Part shown: positions 53,698-62,262 of the stretch, one piece after another
How positions within the stretch are numbered: position 1 is the stretch's first letter
Layout: each line of letters opens with the position of its first letter
Assembly (NCBI GenBank): GCA_036229005.1
Contig: JAZAMN010000031.1
Coordinates: forward strand, 229,647 to 293,646
Length of the DNA stretch: 64,000 nt
Origin: Myxococcota bacterium
Lineage (GTDB): Bacteria > Myxococcota_A > UBA796 > CAJQPC01
Direction: 5' to 3'
Notes under the pieces: model-generated
Told to the model about the DNA's origin: nothing
Seen by the model: the letters and a program-made list of their open reading frames with translations, nothing else
Databases searched by the model: none
Translations under genes and position numbers: made by a program

Positions 53698-54675
53698 TTA
53701 GCGCGGCGGCCGCAAACCGGTCGCAGCGCGCACCCGGTCCATGGTGGCGAGGGCCACAGAACGCGCCTTCTCAGCGCCATCTTCCAGAACCGTGTCCACC
53801 CGCTCGGGGTGGGCCAGCAGCTCTTCGTACCGCTCGCGGGGCTCCTTGAGGAAGCGGTCCATCGCCTCGAAGAGTGCCTGCTTGGCGTGACCGTACCCCA
53901 TGCCCCCGGCGCGGTAGCGATCGGCCAGGTCAGCGTGCTCCTGCTCACTGGCGAATAGGGCATGGAGGGCGTAGACGTTGCAGGTCTCGGGGTCCTTTGG
54001 CTCGTCCATCTCCTTGGAGTCGGTGACGACCTTCATCACCTTCTTGCGCAGCTTCTTGGGCGGCAGGAAGAGCTCCAGGGTGTTGTTGTAGGACTTGGAC
54101 ATCTTCTGGCCGTCCACGCCGGGCACCGTAGCGACCTCCTGGCGGATCAGCGGCTCGGGGAGCACGAAGATCTCGCTGCCGTAGCGGTGGTTGAAGCCCG
54201 CGGCGAAGTCCCGGGCCATCTCCACGTGCTGCTTCTGGTCCTTGCCCACAGGCACCACGTTGGTGTCGTAGAGCAGGATGTCAGCGGCCATGAGCACCGG
54301 GTAGGAGAAGGTCCCCAGGTTGATCTCGCGGCCCTTGTCCCGGGCGGCCTTGAAGGCGTGGGCCCGCTCCAGGATGCCCAGGTTGACCTGGGTGCTCAGG
54401 ATCCACGAGAGCTCGCAGACCTCGGGGATGTCCTGCTGCCGGAACAGGCAAGCCCGCTCAGGGTCCAGCCCGAAGGACAGGAAGGTGGCGGCGGCCTCGA
54501 ACTGGTAGCGCCGCAGCAGCTCCGGGTCCTTGGTCGTGGTCATCGCGTGGTAGCTGGCGATGAAGTAGAAGGTCTCGTGGCTCTCCTGGAGTGCGACCGC
54601 GGGCTCGATCATCCCCTTGAGGTTGCCGACGTGGGGCACCCCGCTGGGCTGGATTCCGGTGAGGGCGCGCGGCAT
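53698..54675 (-). CDS. trpS: Tryptophanyl-tRNA synthetase
   Basis: TGIQPSG..HVGN, YPVLMAADIL, VPVGKDQKQH and KMSKS. Confidence 0.98.
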   Translation of the reverse strand: MPRALTGIQPSGVPHVGNLKGMIEPAVALQESHETFYFIASYHAMTTTKDPELLRRYQFEAAATFLSFGLDPERACLFRQQDIPEVCELSWILSTQVNLGILERAHAFKAARDKGREINLGTFSYPVLMAADILLYDTNVVPVGKDQKQHVEMARDFAAGFNHRYGSEIFVLPEPLIRQEVATVPGVDGQKMSKSYNNTLELFLPPKKLRKKVMKVVTDSKEMDEPKDPETCNVYALHALFASEQEHADLADRYRAGGMGYGHAKQALFEAMDRFLKEPRERYEELLAHPERVDTVLEDGAEKARSVALATMDRVRAATGLRPPR

Positions 54676-54767
54676 CTTCTGGCTCCATCTGGGGTCTGGC
54701 CGCCGATGCTAACCACCTGCGTTGTCTGGGCAAGCTATGGTGGGACAAAGCCAGCTTGGAGGTCAGT

Positions 54768-56078
54768 GTGACCGTGCTCTCTTTCGCGCTCCTGGTCGCC
54801 TGCAAGGGCGGGGGCAACCCCGATGACAGCGGAGGCGGCTCGTCCACCACCGACCCGCAGTGCGACACCGACGATGCGTGTCAGCCCTACCAGATCTGCA
54901 ACGACGGCGGGTTCTGCGAGGACGGGGACAGGAACAACGAGAAGGAGGACGCGGTCGAGCTGCTCTGGGAGGACCCGGAGTCCACCTACCTGAACTCCAG
55001 CTCGGACGAAGACTGGTTCAAGTTCGTCAGCGAAGGCGAGGAATGGGTTCGCGTGCAGACCACCTGCGCCGACTCGGACACCCTGGTCGAGCTCTACAGC
55101 CCGGCGGGCAAGCTCCACGCCTCCGAGGACAACCACCCCCTGGGCAGCGTCAGCACCTACGACACCGTGCTGGTGGCCTACCTGCCCACCGCCGGCGACT
55201 ACCTGATCAAGGTCACTGGCGGCGCCGAGGCTGAGGGCGCCGCGCTCTACGACCTGGAGCTCAAGGAGTTCAGCGCCGCCACCAGCGAGTCCGACTCGCT
55301 GGACTCCCCCAGCCTGGAGCTGGAGCTGCGGGACGACAACATCAACAACCTGGGCGTGGTGATCGACAGCGCCGGCGACGCCGACTGGATCGAGTACAGC
55401 ATCACCCCCGGCGCCCAGATGTACATCGCCGGGAGCTCAAGCGCGCGGGACAGTGACCTCGCTCCGCTCGTGGAGTTGATGCTGCCGGACGGAACACCCC
55501 TGCTGTCCAAGGTTGAGCCCACCCCTGGAGACCGGGCCATCCAGCCCATCCTCTCCGAGAGCGGGACCGTGCTGCTCAAGGTGTCTGACGCCGCTGGCGG
55601 CGGGGGCTCGAACCACTGGGCCAGCCTGCACAGCTACGAGGTCGGGTGGTTCGACGACTACGGGGTCGACGCGGAGCCCAACGACAACCAGGGGCAGGAG
55701 ACCGCGCTCAGCGTGGAGATGGACAAGGACGAGTCCGACCGGGACCGCGGCACGAGCCGGGGCATGGGCTTTCTGGACGACGGCGACGTGGACCGCTTCT
55801 CGGTCGAGGTCCTGCAGGACAACTACGTGTACGTGAACGGGACCTCGGACGGCTACGGCAGCCTGCTGCTGGACGCCCAGGTGCGCGTGCTGGACGCCGC
55901 CGGTCAGGTGGTGGCTGAGGGCGAGGTCGACGCGGACCAGGACAGCTTCGCCGACGTGGCCTACTTCGGGCCCCTGGACGCCGGGACCTACGTCATCGAG
56001 GTGAGCAGCCTCTCCGGCGAGGGCGGCCCCGGCTCCTTCTACATCTTCTCGGCCTTCCAGAAGAACCTGGACGAGTAG
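54768..56078 (+). CDS. Acidic lipoprotein with a Cys-rich segment and repeated PPC-like beta domains
   Basis: GGAGG before GTG 54768; LVAC lipobox; repeated D.DW(F/I), EPND and AG.Y.I.V units. Confidence 0.78.
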   Translation: MTVLSFALLVACKGGGNPDDSGGGSSTTDPQCDTDDACQPYQICNDGGFCEDGDRNNEKEDAVELLWEDPESTYLNSSSDEDWFKFVSEGEEWVRVQTTCADSDTLVELYSPAGKLHASEDNHPLGSVSTYDTVLVAYLPTAGDYLIKVTGGAEAEGAALYDLELKEFSAATSESDSLDSPSLELELRDDNINNLGVVIDSAGDADWIEYSITPGAQMYIAGSSSARDSDLAPLVELMLPDGTPLLSKVEPTPGDRAIQPILSESGTVLLKVSDAAGGGGSNHWASLHSYEVGWFDDYGVDAEPNDNQGQETALSVEMDKDESDRDRGTSRGMGFLDDGDVDRFSVEVLQDNYVYVNGTSDGYGSLLLDAQVRVLDAAGQVVAEGEVDADQDSFADVAYFGPLDAGTYVIEVSSLSGEGGPGSFYIFSAFQKNLDE

Positions 56079-56142
56079 CGGCGCGCAGAGCGCAGAGCAG
56101 CGGCGCGCAGAGCAGCGGCGCGCAGAGCAGCGGCGCGCAGAG
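56076..56142. repeat. Tandem 15-bp repeat CAGCGGCGCGCAGAG
   Basis: Three exact copies at 56098-56142 plus a variant copy starting in the stop codon at 56076. Confidence 0.9.
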
Positions 56143-56214
56143 CGGCGAGGCCACGCCCCCAATGATGGGGACGGGGCCTCGATTCGCTCTGGGCCCAGTG
56201 GTGGACCGCAGGGC

Positions 56215-56925
56215 TCACATGGAGACGTTGATCTCCACGCTGCGCACCTGGCGGGCCTCGATCTCGCCGCCCTCGCCGTAGCCGGCGTCCAGGCTGCCTG
56301 CGCGGGCGCGGATGACCTTGAGCTCGGCGCTGCAGCTTGCATCCTCCTCATCCATGACCTCGATCAGGTCGGCGGGGATGACGAAGCTGCCGGGATCGCC
56401 GGTGACGGTCTCGCCCTCGCTGTAGATGCAGTCGCCCTCGATGGTCCAGCGGATCTGGTCGTCGGTGGAGGCGGGTTCGTAGGTGACGGTGATGTCATCG
56501 GCCTGGACGACGAACTGGGCGCCCTCCTCGGGGCCGGTGAGCGCGAAGGGCGCGGGCATCGTGACGGTGGAGCTGGGCGCGCCGGCGTCCACTGCCCGGG
56601 TGAAGGACACGTCGAAGAGGGTGTCCTCGGCGTCGACGTCGAAGCCCGCGGTGTACTCGCGGTAGTCACCCAGGGACTGCTTCTCGAGCTCCAGGGTCTC
56701 CTCGCCGACGGTCGCGGTGAGGGTGTCTTCGCCCATCAGGTCCAGGTAGGTGTTGGAGGTGGGCCCGCCGACCCGCAGGATCGTGGCCACATCGCTGCTG
56801 CCCTCGCCCTGGGTCTGGATGACGATGTCGGCGTAGACGCCAGAGGTCATGACGGCCTCGGAGTCCACGGACTCACAGGCGACCATCGTGGGGAGCACCA
56901 GGGACAGTGCGAGGACCTTGCGCAT
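56215..56925 (-). CDS. Hypothetical acidic lipoprotein
   Basis: AGGAGA RBS; MVAC lipobox; beta-rich body. Confidence 0.8.
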   Translation of the reverse strand: MRKVLALSLVLPTMVACESVDSEAVMTSGVYADIVIQTQGEGSSDVATILRVGGPTSNTYLDLMGEDTLTATVGEETLELEKQSLGDYREYTAGFDVDAEDTLFDVSFTRAVDAGAPSSTVTMPAPFALTGPEEGAQFVVQADDITVTYEPASTDDQIRWTIEGDCIYSEGETVTGDPGSFVIPADLIEVMDEEDASCSAELKVIRARAGSLDAGYGEGGEIEARQVRSVEINVSM

Positions 56926-57048
56926 GGGATTCTCCTTCCAGCGGTTGTTTTCCGTGGATTGAACCTAGCCCCTCGTCCCCAATGCCCGCCACCGTGACAT
57001 GGATGTCAGGGTCCCCCGCGCCCGCACCGGCCCGCGCTCGCAGCGGAC

Positions 57049-58110
57049 TCAGAGCTCGGGGAGCGTGATCGGGCCGCCGGTGAGGGCGAGACTGGCCGCC
57101 AGGCGGTCGAGGGTGTCCCGGTGCTCGGAGGGCTGGAGGGCCCGCAGGCTGCGCCGCGCGGCGAAGCTGGCCTCGACCTGCATGCGGCGGGCGACCTGGA
57201 TCCCCTCGGAGGCGAGCACCGCCTGCTGGAGCTCCCGCGCCTGGGCGCTGCCCCCGCGGGCGAGGAGGCGGTCGAGCATGAGATCCAGGGCCGGGTCCTG
57301 CTCCAGCGCCACGATCAGCGGCAGCAGCGGGCGACCGGTGGCCAGGCGTCGGGCGAGCACCCGCAGGAACTCGTCGGGGGGCAGGGAGAAGACCCACTGG
57401 TCCTCGACCGCGTGCCAGGCGACGCCCATGGAGCGGCCGTAGCGGCCCAGCGCCGAGAGCACGGGCCGGGGTGCGCGGGCCAGCCGCCCCCCGGAGCGGG
57501 TGCAGAAGGCGAACACCGCGCCGTTGTGGGACTCGGCGTACTCCCGCCAGTCGTCCTCGGTCGCGTCGCGGTCGCGCAGGGAGACCGCGAGCTCATGGCC
57601 CTCGCTGATCTCGCGCACCGTGTCCAGGGCCTCGCCCAGGATCTCGGGGCTGGGGGCGGCCCGAGCGACCTCCAGCGCGCGGAGGGTGAGGTTGTGGCCG
57701 CCGAGCCAGTGGGCGGCGCCCCCGAGCAGGCGGCGGGCGATGCGCCGCCGGCGGCCGTCCTGACGACCGAGCGCCGCGTCGTGCACCCAGAGGGCCTGCT
57801 CGAGCAGTTCGGCGGAGAACACCGCCTCGGTGATGACCGCGTTGTCTTCGCCGGCGGCCCGAGAGGCCAGCAGCACCAGGATGGGCCGGATGCGTGGCAC
57901 GCCCGGGGCGATGTGGGAGTCGGGGCTCTGCCCCTGGTCCCCCAGCGCGAGGTGGGCCAGCGCGGTCTCCACGCGGCCCAGCGGCTCCTCGACCTGGTCA
58001 ACGGCGCGCTCGACCTCTCGCAGGAGGGGCCGGACCAGCTTCTTGAGCCCCCGGTGCAAGCGGGGCTGGTAGGACGCACCAGCCTCCAGCTTGGGGGGCT
58101 CCTGGGCCAT
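57049..58110 (-). CDS. Polyprenyl synthetase homologue with degenerate Asp-rich motifs
   Basis: RIRPILVLL, AELL, EISEG and LGRYGRSMGVA match the family; the DDxxD positions read HDAALG and VEDQW. Confidence 0.75.
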   Translation of the reverse strand: MAQEPPKLEAGASYQPRLHRGLKKLVRPLLREVERAVDQVEEPLGRVETALAHLALGDQGQSPDSHIAPGVPRIRPILVLLASRAAGEDNAVITEAVFSAELLEQALWVHDAALGRQDGRRRRIARRLLGGAAHWLGGHNLTLRALEVARAAPSPEILGEALDTVREISEGHELAVSLRDRDATEDDWREYAESHNGAVFAFCTRSGGRLARAPRPVLSALGRYGRSMGVAWHAVEDQWVFSLPPDEFLRVLARRLATGRPLLPLIVALEQDPALDLMLDRLLARGGSAQARELQQAVLASEGIQVARRMQVEASFAARRSLRALQPSEHRDTLDRLAASLALTGGPITLPEL

Positions 58111-58358
58111 CAGTAGCCGCCCGTCACCTTGTACGCGGTGGCGTTGCCGTAGACCATCATGGCGATGCCCGTGAAGATCAGGACGAAGGCCAGGATGCCG
58201 CTGGAGGTGAGTCCGATGTCGGCCACGGCGGAGAAGCCGAGGTTGGCGATCTGCTCGGACATGTGGACGCCGTTGGGCCCAGACCAGCCGGCGATCAGCA
58301 TGGTCATCATTCCGGACGCGGTCAGGATGCCGCCGAAGGGGATCAGGTAGCTGTGCAT
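58110..58358 (-). CDS. Small two-TM membrane protein (82 aa)
   Basis: GGAG before ATG; two hydrophobic helices; TGATG overlap with the downstream gene. Confidence 0.7.
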   Translation of the reverse strand: MHSYLIPFGGILTASGMMTMLIAGWSGPNGVHMSEQIANLGFSAVADIGLTSSGILAFVLIFTGIAMMVYGNATAYKVTGGY

Positions 58359-58470
58359 GACAAACTCCGAGGGGGTGCTCATTACCCCAGGCATCCAACG
58401 CGAGCAAGGCACCACAGGCCCACGACGCGAGGTTAGGTCTGGAGAACCCACCCATTGCGCCTGGATCCTC

Positions 58471-58926
58471 ATGGCCCTGCGACTCGCGCCCAGCGGCGCC
58501 CGCCTCCCCTACAGCGGACACCTGAACGTGCAGCTCAAGCGGGGGCCCGCGACCCTGGAGATCGCGGCCCGCCTGGCGTCGGGGCTGCCCCCCGAGCGGG
58601 CCTGGGATGCGCTGTTGAGCCTCCAGGCGCTGCTGGACAACGTGGATGGCGAGGATCGCCACGGGCTGATGGAGAGCCTGTGGAGGACGCTACGCAGTGC
58701 CTCGCCGGCGGAGCTGGGTCCCACCAGAGGTGCGGATCTGAGCCTGATGGCCCTGGCGGTGGACCCCGAGGGTGTCGTTCTCTCCGGAGTCGGCCTCGCC
58801 TCCATCGAAGGCTGCCCCCAGGCGAGCGTGCTGCCCAAGCAGACGGGGCTGCCCCAAGAGGTCCCCCCTTCGGTGGTCGTGGATGGCACGCAGTGGCTGG
58901 GACACCCCAGCGAGGAGGGCCAGTGA
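58471..58926 (+). CDS. Hypothetical protein
   Basis: ORF whose stop overlaps the next GTG start; no recognisable motif. Confidence 0.55.
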   Translation: MALRLAPSGARLPYSGHLNVQLKRGPATLEIAARLASGLPPERAWDALLSLQALLDNVDGEDRHGLMESLWRTLRSASPAELGPTRGADLSLMALAVDPEGVVLSGVGLASIEGCPQASVLPKQTGLPQEVPPSVVVDGTQWLGHPSEEGQ

Positions 58927-59672
58927 ACCTGGAGACGGGCGATCTCAGCGGGCTGGTGCTGCCGCAGGATCTGGAGCGCCTGCGGGGCCAGCTTCAAGAC
59001 CTGGTGGACGACGGAAAGCCCCTGACGCCGGCCTATGAGGCTCTGGCTACGGAGGCGCCGGTGGCGCTGGTGGACCTGGTGCTGGGCCCCAAAGCGCCGG
59101 CGGGACCACTGGCGGTCCGCGGGGCGATGGCGGTGCTGGAGACCCTGGCGGCGCAGGCCTCACCTGCGGGGACGATCAAGCGCCTGGGGGACCTCGCGCC
59201 GGAGCTGCGCGCAGATCTGTTGGGCGCCGCGACCGGACTCTGGCCCTCCGCGGGCTGGCTGGTGGCGCTCTCCCAGCGCTTCGACTCGACGCCCGTGGGA
59301 CACAGCCACCTGGAGGGGACCCGCACCCACCCCGCCTACCCGGGCGTCTGCGTGGCCCACGCCCGCGCCGGACACCTGGACGCCCTCCACAGCGAGGCCG
59401 CGGCGGGACACCCCGAGGCGTTGGCGGCGTTGGCGCTGGTGGACACCGGGCTGGCCGCGAAGGCAGCGGGGGCCCTGCTCTCCGGACATCCAGAGATCCG
59501 GGTGGTGCCCTGGCTGGCCGCCTCGCTGGGGCCGGACACCGCCGCTTGCCTTTACCGGGTGGTGCCGCTCCTGCGATCGCGCGCCGCCGCAGAGGGGCTG
59601 ATGGCCGACCTGGCGCCCTTCCCTTCGGCGCAAGCCCTGCTCGCGATGGTCCTAGGCGGCATGCGCGCCTGA
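58923..59672 (+). CDS. Hypothetical Ala/Leu-rich helical protein
   Basis: GAGGAGG RBS and GTGA overlap. Confidence 0.6.
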   Translation: MNLETGDLSGLVLPQDLERLRGQLQDLVDDGKPLTPAYEALATEAPVALVDLVLGPKAPAGPLAVRGAMAVLETLAAQASPAGTIKRLGDLAPELRADLLGAATGLWPSAGWLVALSQRFDSTPVGHSHLEGTRTHPAYPGVCVAHARAGHLDALHSEAAAGHPEALAALALVDTGLAAKAAGALLSGHPEIRVVPWLAASLGPDTAACLYRVVPLLRSRAAAEGLMADLAPFPSAQALLAMVLGGMRA

Positions 59673-59712
59673 TACCCTGCCGCCTTCCCCTGGATCCCGG
59701 AGCGAGCCGCGA

Positions 59713-61752
59713 ATGCCCGAGCTGCCCACCTATTGTCGTGCCTGTGAAGGCTTCTGCGGGCTGCAGGCCACGGTCGAAGGCGGCCGCATCACGGCGCTCG
59801 CTGGCGACCCCCACAACCCCAAGAGCGCCGGCCACTCCTGCTCGTTGGCCATGGCCTCGGCCGCGGAACCCCATGCCTCGGGCCGGCCCACCCGCCCCCG
59901 GAAGCGCGTGGGGGATCAATGGGAGGAGGTGGACTGGCAGACCGCGATCCAGGAGATCGGCCTCGCCCTCCGCAAGCACCGGAACCACCACCCCCGGGCG
60001 GTGGGGCTCTACGCGGGCCCCGAGCTGGCCACCGACCACCGGGGCGCGCTCCGGGCGGCTGCCTTCGCGCTGGGCGCGGGGACGCCGAACCTGTTCTCGC
60101 CCTTGGCCATGTACGGAGCCTCTCGGCTGCGCGCGGTGGAAGCGGTGGTGGGCGCGCCGGTCCCCCTGACCGCCGACGTGGGCCGCTCGCACTACACCAT
60201 CCTGATCGGCGCGGACCAGGACAACAGCCGCTGGGGCCCGCTGCAGTCGGGGACCATCCACACCCAGGCGCACCAGTACTTCCGGGCCCGGCGCAAGGGC
60301 ACCAAGCTGATCGTGGTCGACCCGCAGGTCACGCCCACCAGCGCCTCCGCCGACGAGCACATCCGCATCCGCCCGGGCACCGAGGCCTGGTTCCTGCTGG
60401 GCCTGGCGCACGCGACCCTGAACAACAACTGGATCGATGAGCAGTACGTCCGCGACTACACCGTGGGGATCGAGACCCTGCGGGAGTGGCTGGCGCCCTG
60501 GACCCCCAAGGTCTGCGCGGAGATCTGCGGGATCGACGTGGGCGAGATCGCCGGCGTGGGCCTCAAGTACGGCCGCTCCGCGATGTCGACCATCGTCCCC
60601 GGCGCGAGCCTGCTCCAGTCGGAGATGGGCACCGTGGGCATGTGGGCGCTGCTGGTCTGCTCCGCTCTGACCGCGAACCTGCTGCGCCCCGGCGGCCACT
60701 ACGAGACCGGCGGCGAGATCGACCTGCACCCGGTGATCGCCTCCTTCCCCACCGAGCGCAGCCCCAAGAGCCGCGTCCGTCACCAGGACAGCCTGCTGCT
60801 GCAGCTCCCCGGCACCCTGCTCGCCGAGGAGATCCTGGAGCCCGGCGAAGGCCAGCTCAAGGCGCTGATCGTGGCCGGCGGCTGCCCCCTGTCCGAGCTG
60901 CCCGGCCGCCCCCGCCTGCGCCACGCCCTGGAGTCCCTGGAGCTGCTGGTGGTCGCGGACAGCGTGGACTCGGACACGGCGAAGCTCGCGGATTGGGTGC
61001 TCCCCACGCCGCACTTCTGGGAGCGGGGAGACCTGCACCTGCTGGACAACGCGGCCCTGCCTTCGGCGACCGTCCAGGCCACCGCGCCCCTGCTGGAGGC
61101 CCCCGCGCAGACGCGCCCCACCCACCAGATCCTGGCGGAGCTCTTTGGAGAGATGCGCCCGCCGCTTCGGGGTCACTGGGGGAGGCACTTGCGGGTGAGC
61201 GGTCGACTTGTCGCGACCACCGATCTGGACGCCTGGGTGCACCGCATCCTGGACTGGGCGGGGCTCCCAAGCGAGGACACCCTGAGGCAGATGCCCCATG
61301 GGCTGGACAACGGCGAGACCGACCGCAGCAACTGGCGCCCCACGACCGAGGACGAGCGCCTGCACCTGGCCCCCGAGGCCTTGGCGGACGCTGTGAAGGG
61401 CCTGCAGCACCCCCAGCCCACCCCCGAGCACCCGCTGCGCCTGCGCACGACCCGGCGCCCCCCTGGCGGCTGGAGCTGGCGCCACCGAGACCCCGAGGCG
61501 AGCGAGCCCGGCGTCGGCCTGCACCCGGACCTGGGCTTCGAGGAGGGTCAGCTCGTGCGCATCCTGACGACGGCTGGCAGCGTGGTCGGGCCGGTGCGCC
61601 TGGACGAGAGCCTGCACCCCATGACCGTGGACCTGCCCTGGGGCTGGGCCGTGCCCGCCGGGGATGTCATCGGCGACGACCTGCTGGACCCCCTGAGCGG
61701 CGCCGCCGAGTGCTCGGGCCGGCCCTGCAGGGTGGAGCCCCTGGCCGGCTGA
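59713..61752 (+). CDS. Molybdopterin oxidoreductase family protein (DMSO reductase superfamily)
   Basis: CRACEGFC...C Fe-S motif, LIVVDP, IRPGT, TAKLADWVLP..HFWER and a C-terminal dinucleotide-binding barrel. Confidence 0.85.
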   Translation: MPELPTYCRACEGFCGLQATVEGGRITALAGDPHNPKSAGHSCSLAMASAAEPHASGRPTRPRKRVGDQWEEVDWQTAIQEIGLALRKHRNHHPRAVGLYAGPELATDHRGALRAAAFALGAGTPNLFSPLAMYGASRLRAVEAVVGAPVPLTADVGRSHYTILIGADQDNSRWGPLQSGTIHTQAHQYFRARRKGTKLIVVDPQVTPTSASADEHIRIRPGTEAWFLLGLAHATLNNNWIDEQYVRDYTVGIETLREWLAPWTPKVCAEICGIDVGEIAGVGLKYGRSAMSTIVPGASLLQSEMGTVGMWALLVCSALTANLLRPGGHYETGGEIDLHPVIASFPTERSPKSRVRHQDSLLLQLPGTLLAEEILEPGEGQLKALIVAGGCPLSELPGRPRLRHALESLELLVVADSVDSDTAKLADWVLPTPHFWERGDLHLLDNAALPSATVQATAPLLEAPAQTRPTHQILAELFGEMRPPLRGHWGRHLRVSGRLVATTDLDAWVHRILDWAGLPSEDTLRQMPHGLDNGETDRSNWRPTTEDERLHLAPEALADAVKGLQHPQPTPEHPLRLRTTRRPPGGWSWRHRDPEASEPGVGLHPDLGFEEGQLVRILTTAGSVVGPVRLDESLHPMTVDLPWGWAVPAGDVIGDDLLDPLSGAAECSGRPCRVEPLAG

Positions 61753-61876
61753 ATGAAAGGGTTGGGGTCTGCGTACCCAAGACTCCGGCCCAGGCTCTTC
61801 AAGCCTCTTCAGACTTGTCACCTGGGACTGGCAGAACTAGGGGAACCCATCGTCCCACCTGCTTGGAGGACCTCCC

Positions 61877-62230
61877 ATGCTCTTGCTCCTGCTCTCCTTC
61901 CTCGCCTGCGGTGAGAAGGAAACCCCCGTCGAGCAGCCCGCGACCGCGCCCGCCGCGGCCGAGACCCCCGCGCCTGAGGCCGAGCCCGCCGCGGCCAGCA
62001 CCGAGGCCAAGCCGGCGGACGGCGAGCTGGACGCCCCTGAGCTCGAGGCCCCCAAGCTGGGCGAGGGCGGCGCTCCCACCATGGGCGGCGCTCCCACCAT
62101 GGGCGGCGCCCCGACGCTGGGTGGCGCTCCGACTCTGGGCGGTCCCCCCCGCCTGGGTGGCGCACCGACCCTGGGCGGCCCCCCCACCCTGGGTGGTCCC
62201 CCCAAGCTGGGCGGCGGCAGCAGCCAGTAG
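61877..62230 (+). CDS. Small low-complexity lipoprotein with eight GG(A/P)Px(L/M) repeats
   Basis: GGAGGA RBS; MLLLLLSFLAC; 18-bp units at 62066-62209. Confidence 0.75.
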   Translation: MLLLLLSFLACGEKETPVEQPATAPAAAETPAPEAEPAAASTEAKPADGELDAPELEAPKLGEGGAPTMGGAPTMGGAPTLGGAPTLGGPPRLGGAPTLGGPPTLGGPPKLGGGSSQ

Positions 62231-62262
62231 GGCTTGTTAGAGCGGGGCCCTTGGAGGCACCC

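Noticed and set aside
56076..56142. CRISPR array (also considered for 6212-6256 and 63594-64000)
   Set aside because: Units are contiguous or far too long, lack unique spacers of regular length, and no cas genes are present.
57049..58110. Pseudogene call for the prenyl synthase homologue
   Set aside because: No frameshift or internal stop, normal length and codon bias, and translational coupling is preserved.
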